DNA of 63,883 bases, filler included, from Aduncisulcus paluster (taxonomy: Eukaryota): assembly GCA_024181965.1 (NCBI GenBank). It is 11 parts of 11 records of this genome, joined end to end, with 100 filler letters (N's around TTAATTAATTAA, not from the genome) between each part and the next. Parts side by side here need not be neighbours in the genome. Positions count along the whole stretch, not along the records: positions 6,464 to 15,153 come from BQXS01012270.1; positions 15,254 to 24,574 come from BQXS01012271.1; 9 more parts are not named here. One strand, 5' to 3'. Made by a program: the position numbers and the translations under genes. Positions 11,539-24,100 of this stretch are shown one piece after another. How positions within the stretch are numbered: position 1 is the stretch's first letter; the number at the start of each line of letters is the position of its first letter. The notes beneath the pieces are model-generated. The model was given only the letters and a program-made list of their open reading frames with translations, made no database searches and had not been told where the DNA came from.

Positions 11539-11953
11539 TCAGTACAGGTCAGAAGCCTTTTGAGAATTAGATTCACCATCATCTGTGTTGTCGGAGTCTT
11601 CTTCTTCCTCACTCTCCCAGGGGACTTCAGTGTAGAGGAAACTCATGTCGAACACTTGGTCTGACCCTCCTCTCTCGGCCTCCAACAATGAAGCTTTGAT
11701 TGCCTCTTCTTCGTCGAGCTTACGCAATTCTTTGTACTTTCTCAGCTTTCTCTTATTCATAATACATGCAATAACAACAATAGTAAGGATGATGAGGAAG
11801 AGAATGCCGAGGAAACCTCCAAGAATGACAGAATTGGTCATCCATGGTTGTCCCCAGACGTATTTGTTTGTATTGAAAGGATATGTGAAGGTTGAAGAGC
11901 CAGAAACAAAGGAAATCGACTGATGTTTCGGCCCAAACACATTCCCTATCATA
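11539..11953 (-). CDS. C-terminal part of a single-pass membrane protein
   Basis: A hydrophobic segment VILGGFLGILFLIILTIVVIACIM is followed by a basic stop-transfer NKRKLRK and an acidic tail. 5' truncated at an N gap. Confidence 0.75.
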
Positions 11954-11973
11954 NNNNNNNNNNNNNNNNNNNN

Positions 11974-12291
11974 TGTTGAATTTTTTGCAGTCGGTGTTAT
12001 TCTGTTATTCTGTTCATGTAATCATGAAAAAACATGCACAATCAATTTTATTATTCATGTTAAATACTTTCTACAACTAAAATATGTTTATTTTGGATTG
12101 GATCATGAAGAAAAATATATCTCATGAAATAAGATAATATTAATATAGTGGCCACATAATACTTTAATAAATTATAATAAGAATATTATTAAACACAATA
12201 AAAATTTATTTTAACGAGGTTTAAACGGAGTAACTTTTTGAAAATACTTTTTATCGGAGGAAGTTACTCCGGAGTAATTTCGCGCCCGTCC
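11974..12291 (+). mobile_element. Right part of the TIR element (copy A)
   Basis: Matches the right part of 10201-11250 with a short indel. Followed by AATTATATC (12292-12300), identical to 8996-9004. Confidence 0.75.
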
Positions 12292-12550
12292 AATTATATC
12301 GACCATATTAGTCTTTTATTTATTTCTGATTCTCGATAAAGTACAGTATTGTTCCCCAATAAGAAAAAACCAGAAGGAATTCTTAGGAAATACATTATTA
12401 AACAAATCAAAGATTCGCAATTAGCCTGTGAATTAACAATTTCGAAGGTCAGGAATATATATTCTTCCTTCAATAAACAAATAAAATAAACAAAAGATAT
12501 AGATCTGTATGAATAAAATATATGAGAGATTTAGATCTAATGACTAGGAT

Positions 12551-13878
12551 CTAATCAGAGACTTCGATTATATCGTCAATAAATTTGATCATCCTTTGTG
12601 CATAAGAATTGGGATCGGTAGCACTAATTCCTTCCTTGTCGTATACAATCCTTTTGAACACAGTTTCCAACTTCTTCCTTGAACACCAACCAGTCAATAG
12701 ATCAATGACCCCGAGATAATATATTTCTCTTTGATCAGGACGCCCAGGAATGGGACCGCTTTCCATTCCTCCGAAATCACGCTCAAAAATACTCCCTTTG
12801 AAAGTATCGGCAGATCCAGCAAGACTGTCGAGCTCCCCACGTGGTTCGTATCGCAATAAAGGAGACTTTGCACTCCTTCCTGATCCCGATTGGGCTTCAC
12901 CTGGACTTGCAAAAGGGAGGAAGAGGAAGAGGAAGAGGAAGGGGATATACCAAGAACAATTGGTGAACGACCCTCTCTCTCTGCTTCAAAATGTTCATCT
13001 GATTCTTTTTTTCTCTCTATGAGCTCAGAACAAGCCTGTCTAAATGCTCTCTGACCTCGAAATCTCCTAACACTCTCAGAGAGAGAGATAAAGGGAGATA
13101 GAGGACGAGTGATAGTTGAGAGAGATTTGGCGGCTTCACGTCGAACATGAATACCTAAAAACACCGAGTAATCGAGCAATTTCAGCTTTGAGAGGAATTC
13201 TGTATCTATTTTTAGTTGATCCATAAACATCTTTCTTTTGGCTTCAGGAAGATATATCTTCGATCGCCTATCAATAAAATCTAAATCTTTAAACGTAGAA
13301 CCATCCTTAATATGTTTTTTCTTTAGCCTACGCCCCTGTGACGAACCTTTTAGATCATATTTCTCAAATATAGTATTCTCTGTGTATAAGACATTTGACA
13401 TTATAAAAAAGTGACGTTTCGTCGCTTCTCCTTTCTTTTGGATGCGATGCATTCCATAATAACGTGATATGAGAGTATTTGGATATCTTCTGAGATGATT
13501 ATAATAAGAGAGGATAATTGACTTAAGAAGAGTTGTTTCTGATAGTTTTAGTGTCTTACCGATGAATCGTTTATCTTGAGAAATGAAAAAGAAGGCCCCG
13601 CTCTTTCCTTCCGATCCAAAAAAGTTCAAGGATGATTCTCCAGCCAGAGATAGTAAATAGCTAATATCAGAGATTCCATATAAATGTCTAATAACACTAA
13701 AAACCTGTGGATAGTAATCTTTAAATTCAAACCCACGAATCGAACCTCTTTGAGGTAAATTAGTCTTTTCAAAACAGGAGAAGTCTTCCAGATCCACACT
13801 CTTACAATAATCACTGGAAGACCCAACACTAAAACGAATTCCATCTTGAATGGCACGTTTTAAATATTCAAATGCCAT
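12551..13878 (-). CDS. Phosphatidylinositol-phosphate kinase (PIP5K/MSS4 family), split across two frames near 12900-12950
   Basis: FKDYYPQVF..IR, SEGKSGAFFF.SQDKRFI.KT, YDLKGS, FKDLDF and LLDYS in the upstream frame. YYLGVIDLLT.W..RKKLE...K and ISA.DP..YA.R in the second frame. Confidence 0.93.
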
Positions 13879-13954
13879 AGATATTTCTATAAAAATAGTT
13901 TGCAAACCAAAAACGAAAATCATCTTTTGTTTCTGGCAGCGAGATTTTAGAGTT

Positions 13955-15153
13955 ATGAATAGACCTGAAGAGACTGTAAGACGAAAGTTAGAAACCATTG
14001 ATCGATTTACTTTGGCTTTATCAAAGCAAGAACAAGAGATAGAAACAGTATGTTGTTTTTTCGGTTATTTCAAACCATTTCTTCTTCTAAATTTCTTTTT
14101 TAAACTTAATTATTGATGTTTATGTCATTATTTTCGATTATCCTGGGATTTAGCATCAAGATATGTTGGAATATAGTCATAGTCAATTCCAGCTATCTAA
14201 GCAAATGAAAATATATAGAGATAGTATTTCATCGGTATTACATACAGACAAAATTGGTCAAGACCTCGGAGAGACTGTAGAAGATGGAATAGAGCTATTC
14301 TATTCTTCTCTGTCTCGTGATTATACTAAAAAGGATCTGGAGGATTCTAAATTATCAATTATAGGCGAAATGCCATCCAAAATACATGATTATACAATAT
14401 CTGTTCCCAAAGCGAATCTTGATTTCCCGATTCCATCTTTTTCAAGAGAAGAGAGCAAAGGTCGGTATCTCGACCTAAATGATTTATTTACTGAATTTAA
14501 TACATTAAAACATATTATATGTGCCGATAAAATTCTTAAAAATGCAGTTACTGAACAATTAGACGCTAGAATAGAAAGGGTAAAATCTAAATCCTCTTTC
14601 CATTTTTCAGTGCATAACGAAGCTTTAATTAACTCCAAAAAAATCCTTTCCAGTGAAAAAATGAGTCTTTTCACCTTTTCATCCTATTTTTATCGGATTG
14701 ATTGGCTTCTCCCAATTTTAAATCTCGGAAATATCTCGAATCTACGGAAGAAATCCAAACAGTCCAAAAAAAGTGATCAAATATCATTATCTCCACTTGA
14801 GGAGACCATCCTTAATACATATCCAGACCTTATTGAGTCATCTTTCAAAGCTGTCCATTCTTTGTGCTTGTATTTACTCTCTTTCTCGCTGAAACTCCAT
14901 CCAAAACTCTCAATATGCCAGGAGGTCCTTGAAAAATGGGTAATAATCCATCATCGAGAGATAGAATCGCAAAGGAAAGAGGAAGAAGAAGCAAAAGGAT
15001 TGACTTCTTCCTCCTCTTCTTTTTCACACCCTTCTCTCTTCTTTCCTTCATTTTGCCCTTTTTGTGACCGTCAATTTAAGTCTTATACTCTATTTTCACA
15101 CCATCTTTCTGGGAAAAAGTGTGTGAAATGTCGAGAGAAGATCAAGTCTGAAC
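13955..15153 (+). CDS. SF3A3: Splicing factor 3A subunit 3 (SF3a60/Prp9); exon 13955-14047, intron 14048-14153, 3' truncated
   Basis: FSREESKGRYLDL resembles the conserved FSGEE.YGRYLDL, and there is a zinc finger CPFCDRQFKSYTLFSHHLSGKK. A phase-0 GTATGT..TAG intron joins the exons in frame. Confidence 0.82.
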
Positions 15154-15255
15154 NNNNNNNNNNNNNNNNNNNNNNNNNNNNNNNNNNNNNNNNNNNNTTA
15201 ATTAATTAANNNNNNNNNNNNNNNNNNNNNNNNNNNNNNNNNNNNNNNNNNNNCA

Positions 15256-18200
15256 ATCCCTCTTCAAATGTACTATCCCATGAAGAGTGTTCCTCCTTCT
15301 TATCCTCAACCCTCATATCTCCAGCCAGAAATTCCGTCTTTTTCTGTGGGAAAGCGCCATAGTTCAGCTTTGGTTGATCATTTTTCTCTTGAGCAATCCC
15401 ATAATGCCCACCATCAGCACCAGTCGATCATTCCTCCGTTACAGTATCAAGTCCCACCACAGCCAATTGTCCAGTGTGGGCTGGATGAGGAAAAGATTGG
15501 GGCTTCCAGGCCATCCCCAAGGATGTACGAATCATCTCTCCCAACGGATGGGTGTAGACCTTTCCCTTCTCTCTTTGATGCCTCTTTTCAACCACCCACT
15601 GCCTTCTCCTCTGCTTCATCTCTCATCTTTCCCTCAAAGAAGCAACACGAATCGTATTCACATGATGTTATTCCTTCCAAGAGCTCTGATGTGTGTGATT
15701 CTATCGGATCTGTGAGTGCATCAAATGCGACGAATTCCCCGAGTTCTCTTTCAATTCCAAGTAGTAATGGTATGACAAGCCCACACCCGCAGCAATCCCT
15801 TGTTCCTTTTTCTTCATCTTTATTGAGGAAAGAAGAAGATGATGATGAAAAGCATGCTCTGGTCCAGACAGGTTCCAATGAATTGTTGGCTTTTTTGATG
15901 GATCATTACCTCAAAACTACAAGCGTGGTTGGTTCTGACCCCGTTCACTCGCATCCTTCTCCACATATTCCTCATGGCGGAAGAATGCCGGAAAAGGCTT
16001 CCATTTCTCCCTCGGTTCCCACTATTGTTAAAGACTGTTCGGATTCTTTTGGTTTAGCCGCCTCTCCTTCCTTCCCCATGCTTCTCTCCATCCCTCCTGC
16101 TCTGCGCCCTTCCTTCCTTTGTCATTATCCGCACTCCTCTTTGTCTATCCCGATGTTATGTCTTACGGCTGATCTGATGCACTCTATTTCTTTCAGTCCC
16201 TCCCTGTCAGCTCTTACGATAGGTGCTGACATGGGGGATATTACCTATGACTTGGATCACGATGCTCCCAATGGAATGTATCCAACAACCATGAACTTCG
16301 CTTTTGATCACTTTCCCGAGGCACCTTCATTGACTTCTCTTACGGTCATTCTTCCTCGCTCTGAGACTAGGCTTGAGAAAGGTACTCACAGTCGTGTTAA
16401 AGATAGGCCTGCGATATCAACAAAGAANNNNNNNNNNNNNNNNNNNNAAGAGTAATTCTTCTGCTCGAAGCTTCAAGGAGGAAGAGGAAGATGATCTATC
16501 AACATCTGATCTCCATGAAGAGGAAGAAAGTGAACTCGACTCAACTCGTGAATATCGAGAACCATCTCCACACTCACAGATACCTACGAGTACTGTTGNN
16601 NNNNNNNNNNNNNNNNNNGTATCCATTGTATCTTCAAAGGCTGAGGAAAAGGATGAGGAAAAGGATGAGGAAAAGGATGAGAAAGAAGATGAGAAAGAAG
16701 ATTTGGAAGAAGAAGTGAAAGAAGTGAAAGAAGAGAAAGAATCAGAGGAATCTGAGGAATCGGAAGAGAAAGNNNNNNNNNNNNNNNNNNNNCTCGCATC
16801 CTTCTCCACATATTCCTCATGGCGGAAGAATGCCGGAAAAGGCTTCCATTTCTCCCTCGGTTCCCACTATTGTTAAAGACTGTTCGGATTCTTTTGGTTT
16901 AGCCGCCTCTCCTTCCTTCCCCATGCTTCTCTCCATCCCTCCTGCTCTGCGCCCTTCCTTCCTTTGTCATTATCCGCACTCCTCTTTGTCTATCCCGATG
17001 TTATGTCTTACGGCTGATCTGATGCACTCTATTTCTTTCAGTCCCTCCCTGTCAGCTCTTACGATAGGTGCTGACATGGGGGATATTACCTATGACTTGG
17101 ATCACGATGCTCCCAATGGAATGTATCCAACAACCATGAACTTCGCTTTTGATCACTTTCCCGAGGCACCTTCATTGACTTCTCTTACGGTCATTCTTCC
17201 TCGCTCTGAGACTAGGCTTGAGAAAGGTACTCACAGTCGTGTTAAAGATAGGCCTGCGATATCAACAAAGAAAACTATCAAAGCTATCACACGTGCGTAT
17301 GGTCATACTTTACGTCATTTAACCATCAATAATTGCAATGATTTGTTTGACTTATTTGAAGAAGAGGATGGCGAATCATCTGTCGACCCAAGTTCTCCTG
17401 ATATTGAGCATATTCGTGATCTCATTGTAAAGTTTCCTCCACGTTTGAAGAATCTTGTCCTTACAGAAGTCCCACAACACACAGATTTCTCATTACTTCC
17501 CCTTTCGTTACCACCAACTCTCAGAAGTCTAAAATTAGTTGCTGAGAAACTTCCAAGTGGTTCAATATCTTCCTCATCTGAAAGAAAGAAGAACAAGAGT
17601 AATTCTTCTGCTCGAAGCTTCAAGGAGGAAGAGGAAGATGATCTATCAACATCTGATCTCCATGAAGAGGAAGAAAGTGAACTCGACTCAACTCGTGAAT
17701 ATCGAGAACCATCTCCACACTCACAGATACCTACGATTACTGTTGGATCTAGACCTCTATTCTCGATTAAAAACCGCAATTCTATCTCCAGTATTCCCAT
17801 GGAAAAGTCTGTTGATAGTGATACTCCTTGTTTCGACTCTAGTCCTTCATCTGAAACACCTTCCTCTTCTGCTTGGAAGTCCAAGGCTCGTTCCATGTTG
17901 TGGTCATCCGAAGACAAGAGGAGCATGATGGTCGTGGCTGTGGCTGCTGCTGCCGTCTATGTTCTCAGGGATCTTATCACTCTCTCTATCTCACACTTCC
18001 CCTTTGTCGATATGGTTATCCTTGCTCAACTCTTTCCAGGTATCAAGAATCTCCACCTTTCACATACAACTGTTGAGAGAAGGCTATGTAAAAACCCAAA
18101 GGAGTGTAACTTGCATAATTGGAAGAGATTAGGATCCTCAGTCTCCCCCAAGAGTACTCAGGATGTCGCTCAACCATCTTCTTCACCTTCTTCTTGCTCA

Positions 18201-18734
18201 TCAACTTCCATCCCCTTTCCACCTTGTTCTTCTTCTCTTCAGCAGGGAGTTAGGACTCAAGAGGAAATGTGTGTGATGTTGCAGATCCTTGCCAAAGCCA
18301 TTATTCCTGGCGTTGTCACTGACCCTGTACTTAAGTTGCAGAGATGTATGAATGAGGATAAGGATATACAAGATGTGAATTCCTTCACTCCTCCTCTATT
18401 GTCTCTCTTTCCCAATCTCTCCTCTTATCACTGTGATCGTGTGTGTGGCTGTGTGTTCGATGGCATTGTGAGTAAGGCTGGAATGACATTTGAATGTTCT
18501 GATGTTGTGGGACTTCGTAGCTCTGATATGGAGCTGATTGAGAAGAAAATATCAGAATGGAGGTCAAAGATGATCAGAATGAGTGGTTCTGATGATGCTA
18601 GTAGTGATTCTGACACTATTCGGGAATTCATTGCACAAGCGTCATCCACCATCCTTTCTAAATCTCTTTCTCACTACATAATATTCCCTCCTGTGAGTGA
18701 TCAAGTGAGCATTGAAGCATTTTATAGTGAATAA
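15256..18734 (+). CDS. Ser/Pro-rich protein with degenerate LRR-like repeats; one gene of about 870 aa fragmented by assembly duplication
   Basis: Sequence from 15985 to 16427 is repeated from 16830 (offset 845). LRR-like motifs include HTLRHLTINNC, FPPRLKNLVL, LPPTLRSLKL and LFPGIKNLHL. Confidence 0.7.
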
Positions 18735-19112
18735 TCATAGCATTTATTGTTGGGTTTTGTTCATTCTTCTTTATTTCCATTTATATTCTATCCAATTCAA
18801 TTTTATTTAAATCCTGTTTGGATTTTTTTATTTTTACTTTTTTTATCTAATTTTAGATGCATTGGATCCTATATTTATTAATTCTTCTGGCCATATTTAA
18901 ACCCTTAATTTAATTGTCATTTTCATGATGGCATTTTTGATGGCTTCATTTTTCATTTATTATTTCATGCAAATCATTCGGAATTACATTTGATCTTTCT
19001 TGTTCTGCCAGAACAAAGTGTTCTGGTTGAATTTGAAATTTTGTGTTTGTGAACCGAGATATACGACATGAATAAAGTTTCTAGCTTGTTAGAAATTAAT
19101 TAATTTTCCGAT

Positions 19113-20762
19113 TCAACCTCCACTCTTTTTGTCCCATATTTCATGAAATTGTTTCTCCAATCTTTCAAGTTCCATTCTTTTCCTTCTTATAACTTGCCTT
19201 TTTTTCGTGACATATCGAGACTCCACAACCTTACTTCTTGTGGGATCGGAAGCAATTATGAGTTTGTCAACAAGGGACGATCTAGAACCAATGCGAGATC
19301 CCAATGATATAATCTCAATGAGAACAACATCCTTTATCTGAACGGGGAGAGTACAACATACACAAGATGTGGGGGAGTAATATTGAAATTGATATAACTC
19401 ATCATACTCCTCTTCGACTGAAGAATGAGAGATATTAAACTCCAATTTCACATCCAATCCTTCACTCGTTCTGATAAATAAATCAATAGACACGGGACTG
19501 TTGATATGCGGCGAATACGAATCAGTAGCCTCCTCAGACCATGTCAACAGAACGAACTCGATGTCTTGGGGGAAAGTAAGAGGAATATGGATTGACAAGA
19601 AATCCATCCGTGTGGAAAGAAAAGGAATGTGGAGGGAAAACTCAAGTTCATGATCTAATTTATCCTTTGAAGTGAACACGCCTGATATATCTTTTGTTAA
19701 TTTAGCTTGAGGAATACTATCAATCCGTTCGGATGATAACGACTCACTTTCAACTTCAATCGCTCGCAAAGATCGACATTTCATTGCATCTTTCAGAGAC
19801 TCTTCAGAGGTGATGAATTGTATTCCATATATTGTGCACCATTTTGCTTTACCCCACGATTCAGCACAAATCAATTCACATCGAGTTACACTGTCAATTG
19901 AAACAGGTAAGGAATACCATGCAAATCCACTCTGATTTGGAACCAAATACTCCCGTTTAATACATAGCCCATCAGCAGTATGAAATACGATATCAAGATC
20001 TCTTGGGGAAGTTTTGTCATCCCTCACACATATTTGAACGGCTGAAATATGTTGAGGAAACGCTAAGGGAACAGAAATTGAATAAAACGACACCCATTCT
20101 TTCGCATATAAACATTGATGGAAATTACTTGGGCCAAGTGATCCAAAAAAGGACCCAGACACCGCATTCCAAGAGCCAAAGGCATGCAGATGAGAAAATG
20201 AATGGAATGGAAAGCCTTTGGGGTCACTATTTGAGAAAAAGACTGCATTAGTAGCTCTGAGATCCCTCGATTGTCTTTCTTTCTCAATAGAAGCGATGGA
20301 TAATGCCACTAAATCTTCTTCAACGAGGATAGAAATTGCTCTAATCATTCCTCCTTTCTTAGCCCCAATGGAATTCCACGAACTGACATATTCTATTTCA
20401 CATTTAAGGATATTTTTCACTCCAAATGAAAATGAAAACGCTTGGCTGGGAGTTTGTGACACCATTCCAGAAAACTTTTCAATTTTCCCATCTTCCGAAT
20501 AAAATACAAATAATATTTCCTTTGGAATGTAAAATGACCATGAACCAATTTGAATGGATTGAATTGAACAAGGAGAGGAGAAAACAAGACTAAGTTGTTG
20601 AAAGTTAAGAGAACGGCTTGCTTGAAAGAATGAAGATATTTTTTCTTCACTATATTGTCCATCTATTTTACATTTGGCAAAATTAGGCATTAGAATCTGT
20701 GGGTGACATATTTTGATCATTTCTTCTATTTCTTGTGCGTTTACAATTGAAACATCAGTCAT
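19113..20762 (-). CDS. Protein with three divergent jelly-roll-like repeats related to the 'PIPRD' family
   Basis: A recurring motif appears three times, e.g. ISVPLAFPQHISAVQICV..SPRDLDIVFHTADG..WYSLPVSIDSVTRCELIC..SWG. C-terminal coiled coil. Confidence 0.75.
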   Translation of the reverse strand: MTDVSIVNAQEIEEMIKICHPQILMPNFAKCKIDGQYSEEKISSFFQASRSLNFQQLSLVFSSPCSIQSIQIGSWSFYIPKEILFVFYSEDGKIEKFSGMVSQTPSQAFSFSFGVKNILKCEIEYVSSWNSIGAKKGGMIRAISILVEEDLVALSIASIEKERQSRDLRATNAVFFSNSDPKGFPFHSFSHLHAFGSWNAVSGSFFGSLGPSNFHQCLYAKEWVSFYSISVPLAFPQHISAVQICVRDDKTSPRDLDIVFHTADGLCIKREYLVPNQSGFAWYSLPVSIDSVTRCELICAESWGKAKWCTIYGIQFITSEESLKDAMKCRSLRAIEVESESLSSERIDSIPQAKLTKDISGVFTSKDKLDHELEFSLHIPFLSTRMDFLSIHIPLTFPQDIEFVLLTWSEEATDSYSPHINSPVSIDLFIRTSEGLDVKLEFNISHSSVEEEYDELYQFQYYSPTSCVCCTLPVQIKDVVLIEIISLGSRIGSRSSLVDKLIIASDPTRSKVVESRYVTKKRQVIRRKRMELERLEKQFHEIWDKKSGG

Positions 20763-21163
20763 TTTTTTCGTTTTTCATATCAATGTATTCAAATTATTTG
20801 TGTTAATAAATGAGTTGAATCAAATACCTAGCTCAATACTATCGACAACCTTTAAAAGCTTATCTCAAGGGTTTCAAGACGAATAATATTAAAAGTATTT
20901 TGAAACATTTATTAATACTAATAATTTATCTATTAATACCGGATTTTATCTATGGTATCGAATTGTCTAAAATCAATCTTTTTTTCCGCCAAATTTGAAG
21001 CAATTTTACTATTATTGATTCATTGTATGTTTTTCATTTCTTATAAAAATCTATTTTGAAAGCCTTTTATGCATATCATTCTGTTTCTTCTTACTGTATC
21101 CATCTCATTCTTTTTTCTGTCCATTCTTTTGTCTGTGATTGTGTGGAAATACTTTAGCAAACA

Positions 21164-24100
21164 ATGTCTTCTATTCTACAATATTTAATGGCATTGGGTT
21201 CATCTTTCACCGCCCCTCCATCAGAAGACATTGATGTTCAGGTTATCAACGCAAATTTCATTCATGATGGAGACAGTGATTGCTCTCCAATTCCTCGGGA
21301 TGCTCCTGTTGTTCAAAATCCAAACTATCCCTGCATTATTGGACAGAATGACAATGAATCGCACGGTGAGTTGGGTGTTTACTACTCAGATGGTGTGTGG
21401 TATGATGAAAACGGCGAATCTACGGCCGGATATTATCATAAAGATGCACAAAAAATGATGAAGGGTGCCATGTGTAATGGTCGTTTTACTTATATCTCTA
21501 TTCCTTTCTCTTCCCCAGTTCCAATGAAAGGTGCATACCTCTGTCTGCATGTTGATGACGATAAAACATCCAAACGGAGAATAGCTTTCACTTTTACTTG
21601 TTCAAAGAAAGGAAAAAAGTCAATGATATGCAAGGAGTATGTATTTTCTAAAAAGTCTCTTGAATATTCCTGTTGGTTCCAACTACCAATCGGTCTTTCT
21701 GATGTCGAACGATGTAAGATTGAATTGAATGAAGATGATGATGACATTTCACTCGAATCACTGTTATTCTTCAGAAAGGAAACCAAATCAGAATCTGCTA
21801 TCCGTAAGTCAAAAGAAAAGAGGTGGTCTCTTGCCAAAAAAGTTAACTCAATATTTATTAAGAAAGCAGATTGCAGATATGAAGTAGTTTCTTCGATTCC
21901 AATTCCACCTGATGATCCATCGGTCGTTGATCCTTCATTTGAAAAAATCAAAGCAATTGACTGTACGTATTGCAAGGATCACAGTGGATATGATAAGTCT
22001 TCTGAAGTACAAGAAATGTTAGAAGATGGGGGGGAGGAAGGTGTCAGCATAACCTATCTTTCCATTCCTTTCCCATCCCCTTGCCCAATGAAAGGAGCTT
22101 ATATCTGTGTGGATTGTTATATGTGTTCCCCGTCTCTCCTTTTCACTTTCACCCACGCTAATGGAGAGAAAACGCTGAAGAGATATGAATTTGAGGAACC
22201 TAAACTTGAATATGAATGGCACTTCCTTCCTATTGATTTGACGAATGTTGTATTGTGTGAGATTGAAGGGAAAGGAACGTGGGAGGAAGAGAAAGAAAAT
22301 AGTAATCTTTTTGGACTCCATTTCCTTGTTTTTGTTAAGAAGGAATTACCTGCGGATCGTGCTGCTCGTGAGTCGAGGATGGCAAATCTTGAGAAACTAT
22401 GGTCTGATACTCCACTAATTAAATCCATATATATTAGAGAAGGGTGTCATGCTGCTCCACCTGTTCCCCGTGATGATCCAACGATCATTACCCCGTCGTT
22501 TGATTGTGTAAAGGGAAAGAATACCCTCGTGAGTAAGTTGAGTTATGAACATGATCAAAGCGAGTACGTCCAGAAAACTCTGCAACACGGATGGTATGTT
22601 CATTTATCCCATCTCTCCATACCATTCCCTTCACCTAGTTCTATAAAAGGTGCATATATCTGTGTGAATAGACTTGGTCCAGAATCTCTATTGTTGACTT
22701 TCACAGATTCCTCTGGTGTGAAGACATTTAAGAAGTATGAGTTATCTATCACAACTGATACCCTCAGGAGGGATGGAGATGAATGGCATTTCCTCCCTAT
22801 TGACCTTTCGAATATTGTATTGTGTGAAGTTGAAGGGAGAAGAAAATCTGGAGAAGAATATAATTCATGTTTTACGTTTAGTTCCCTTGATTTTGTGAGA
22901 GAGGAGACACCTGCAGAACAGGATTTTAGAGAAGCAAGAGATTCTGAACTTGAGAAACAATGGACTGAGACTGCTGTGGTGAAGGTAGAAATTTTAAATT
23001 TAAAGGATTCCGTTGATGTTATTCCTCCTCGTGATGAAGCACATATTGTCACTCCTTTGTTTTCTTTGGCGAAGGTGAATAATGCTTTGCAAAACCCTAA
23101 CTATGAGAGTGCTCAAAAATCTAAATTTATAAAAAGAATTCAAACACTATTATCCGAAACATTGCCTTTACAAACAATTAAATTTTCCCATATTTCTTTC
23201 CCATTTTCTTCTTGTGCTATTAAAGGTGCGTATATTTGTATGCATTATCAAGAATCCTCCCCAACTCTTCTTTTTTCTTTTACTCGTGCTGATGGATCAA
23301 AAACGTTGAGGAAATTTGAATTTCAAAGGTACTACGAGTATGTGTTTAATTGGTTCTTTCTTCCTATTGATGTGGATAATGTTGTTTTATGTGAAATTAG
23401 GGGGAAAGGAACGTGGAAAGAAAAAGGTGCATTGAGTTTTTCGATCGGTTCGCTCATGTTCACTCGCGAAGAAACACCTGAAGAAGTAGCCTTGCGTGAA
23501 TCTAGAGATGCTACAAACAAGAAAATCTGGGAAGAGGCCCAAAAAATCACCACTCAGAAAATTTTATCAGATTCTGTTCCCCAAGACGATATATCGAAGT
23601 TTGTGAAGGTTTCAGTCTCAATGGTAAAAGGAAATAATGTTTCAAAGTGTAAGGAATCTGAGAACTATGATAAGAGTTTAGACGTACAAAGAATTTTGAA
23701 AGAGGAATATGACATTTCCATTTCCAATATTTCTATTCCTTTCCAATCACCTTGTTCAATGAAAGGTGCTTATATTCGTTTACTCTGTGGCGATAGTGAA
23801 TTTCTCTTCGCTTTCACTCATTCTGATGGAAGAAAAACCTACAAAAAGATTGCTTTCCCAGAATTTGATTCTGTTAACGAATCACAACTGTTTTTCTTTC
23901 CATTTATTTTGTCCGATGTCACTTTGTGTGAAATTGTTGGAAAAACTAAGAATGCGTGGTTTTGTAATTTCGTGCATATATCATCTCTTTTTTTCATTAG
24001 AGGTGATGACATTCCCTCTTCTCTTCCTCTCCCCACTCCTGATCTTTCCAGTTCCTCCCAGACATCCAAAGAGGTATCCATTGTATCTTCAAAGGCTGAG

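Noticed and set aside
16428..16830. Exon shuffling between the 15256 gene and the 21164 repeat-kinase gene
   Set aside because: The short pieces between N20 gaps copy sequence at about 17596-17745 and 24074-24228. They are misplaced scaffold fragments.
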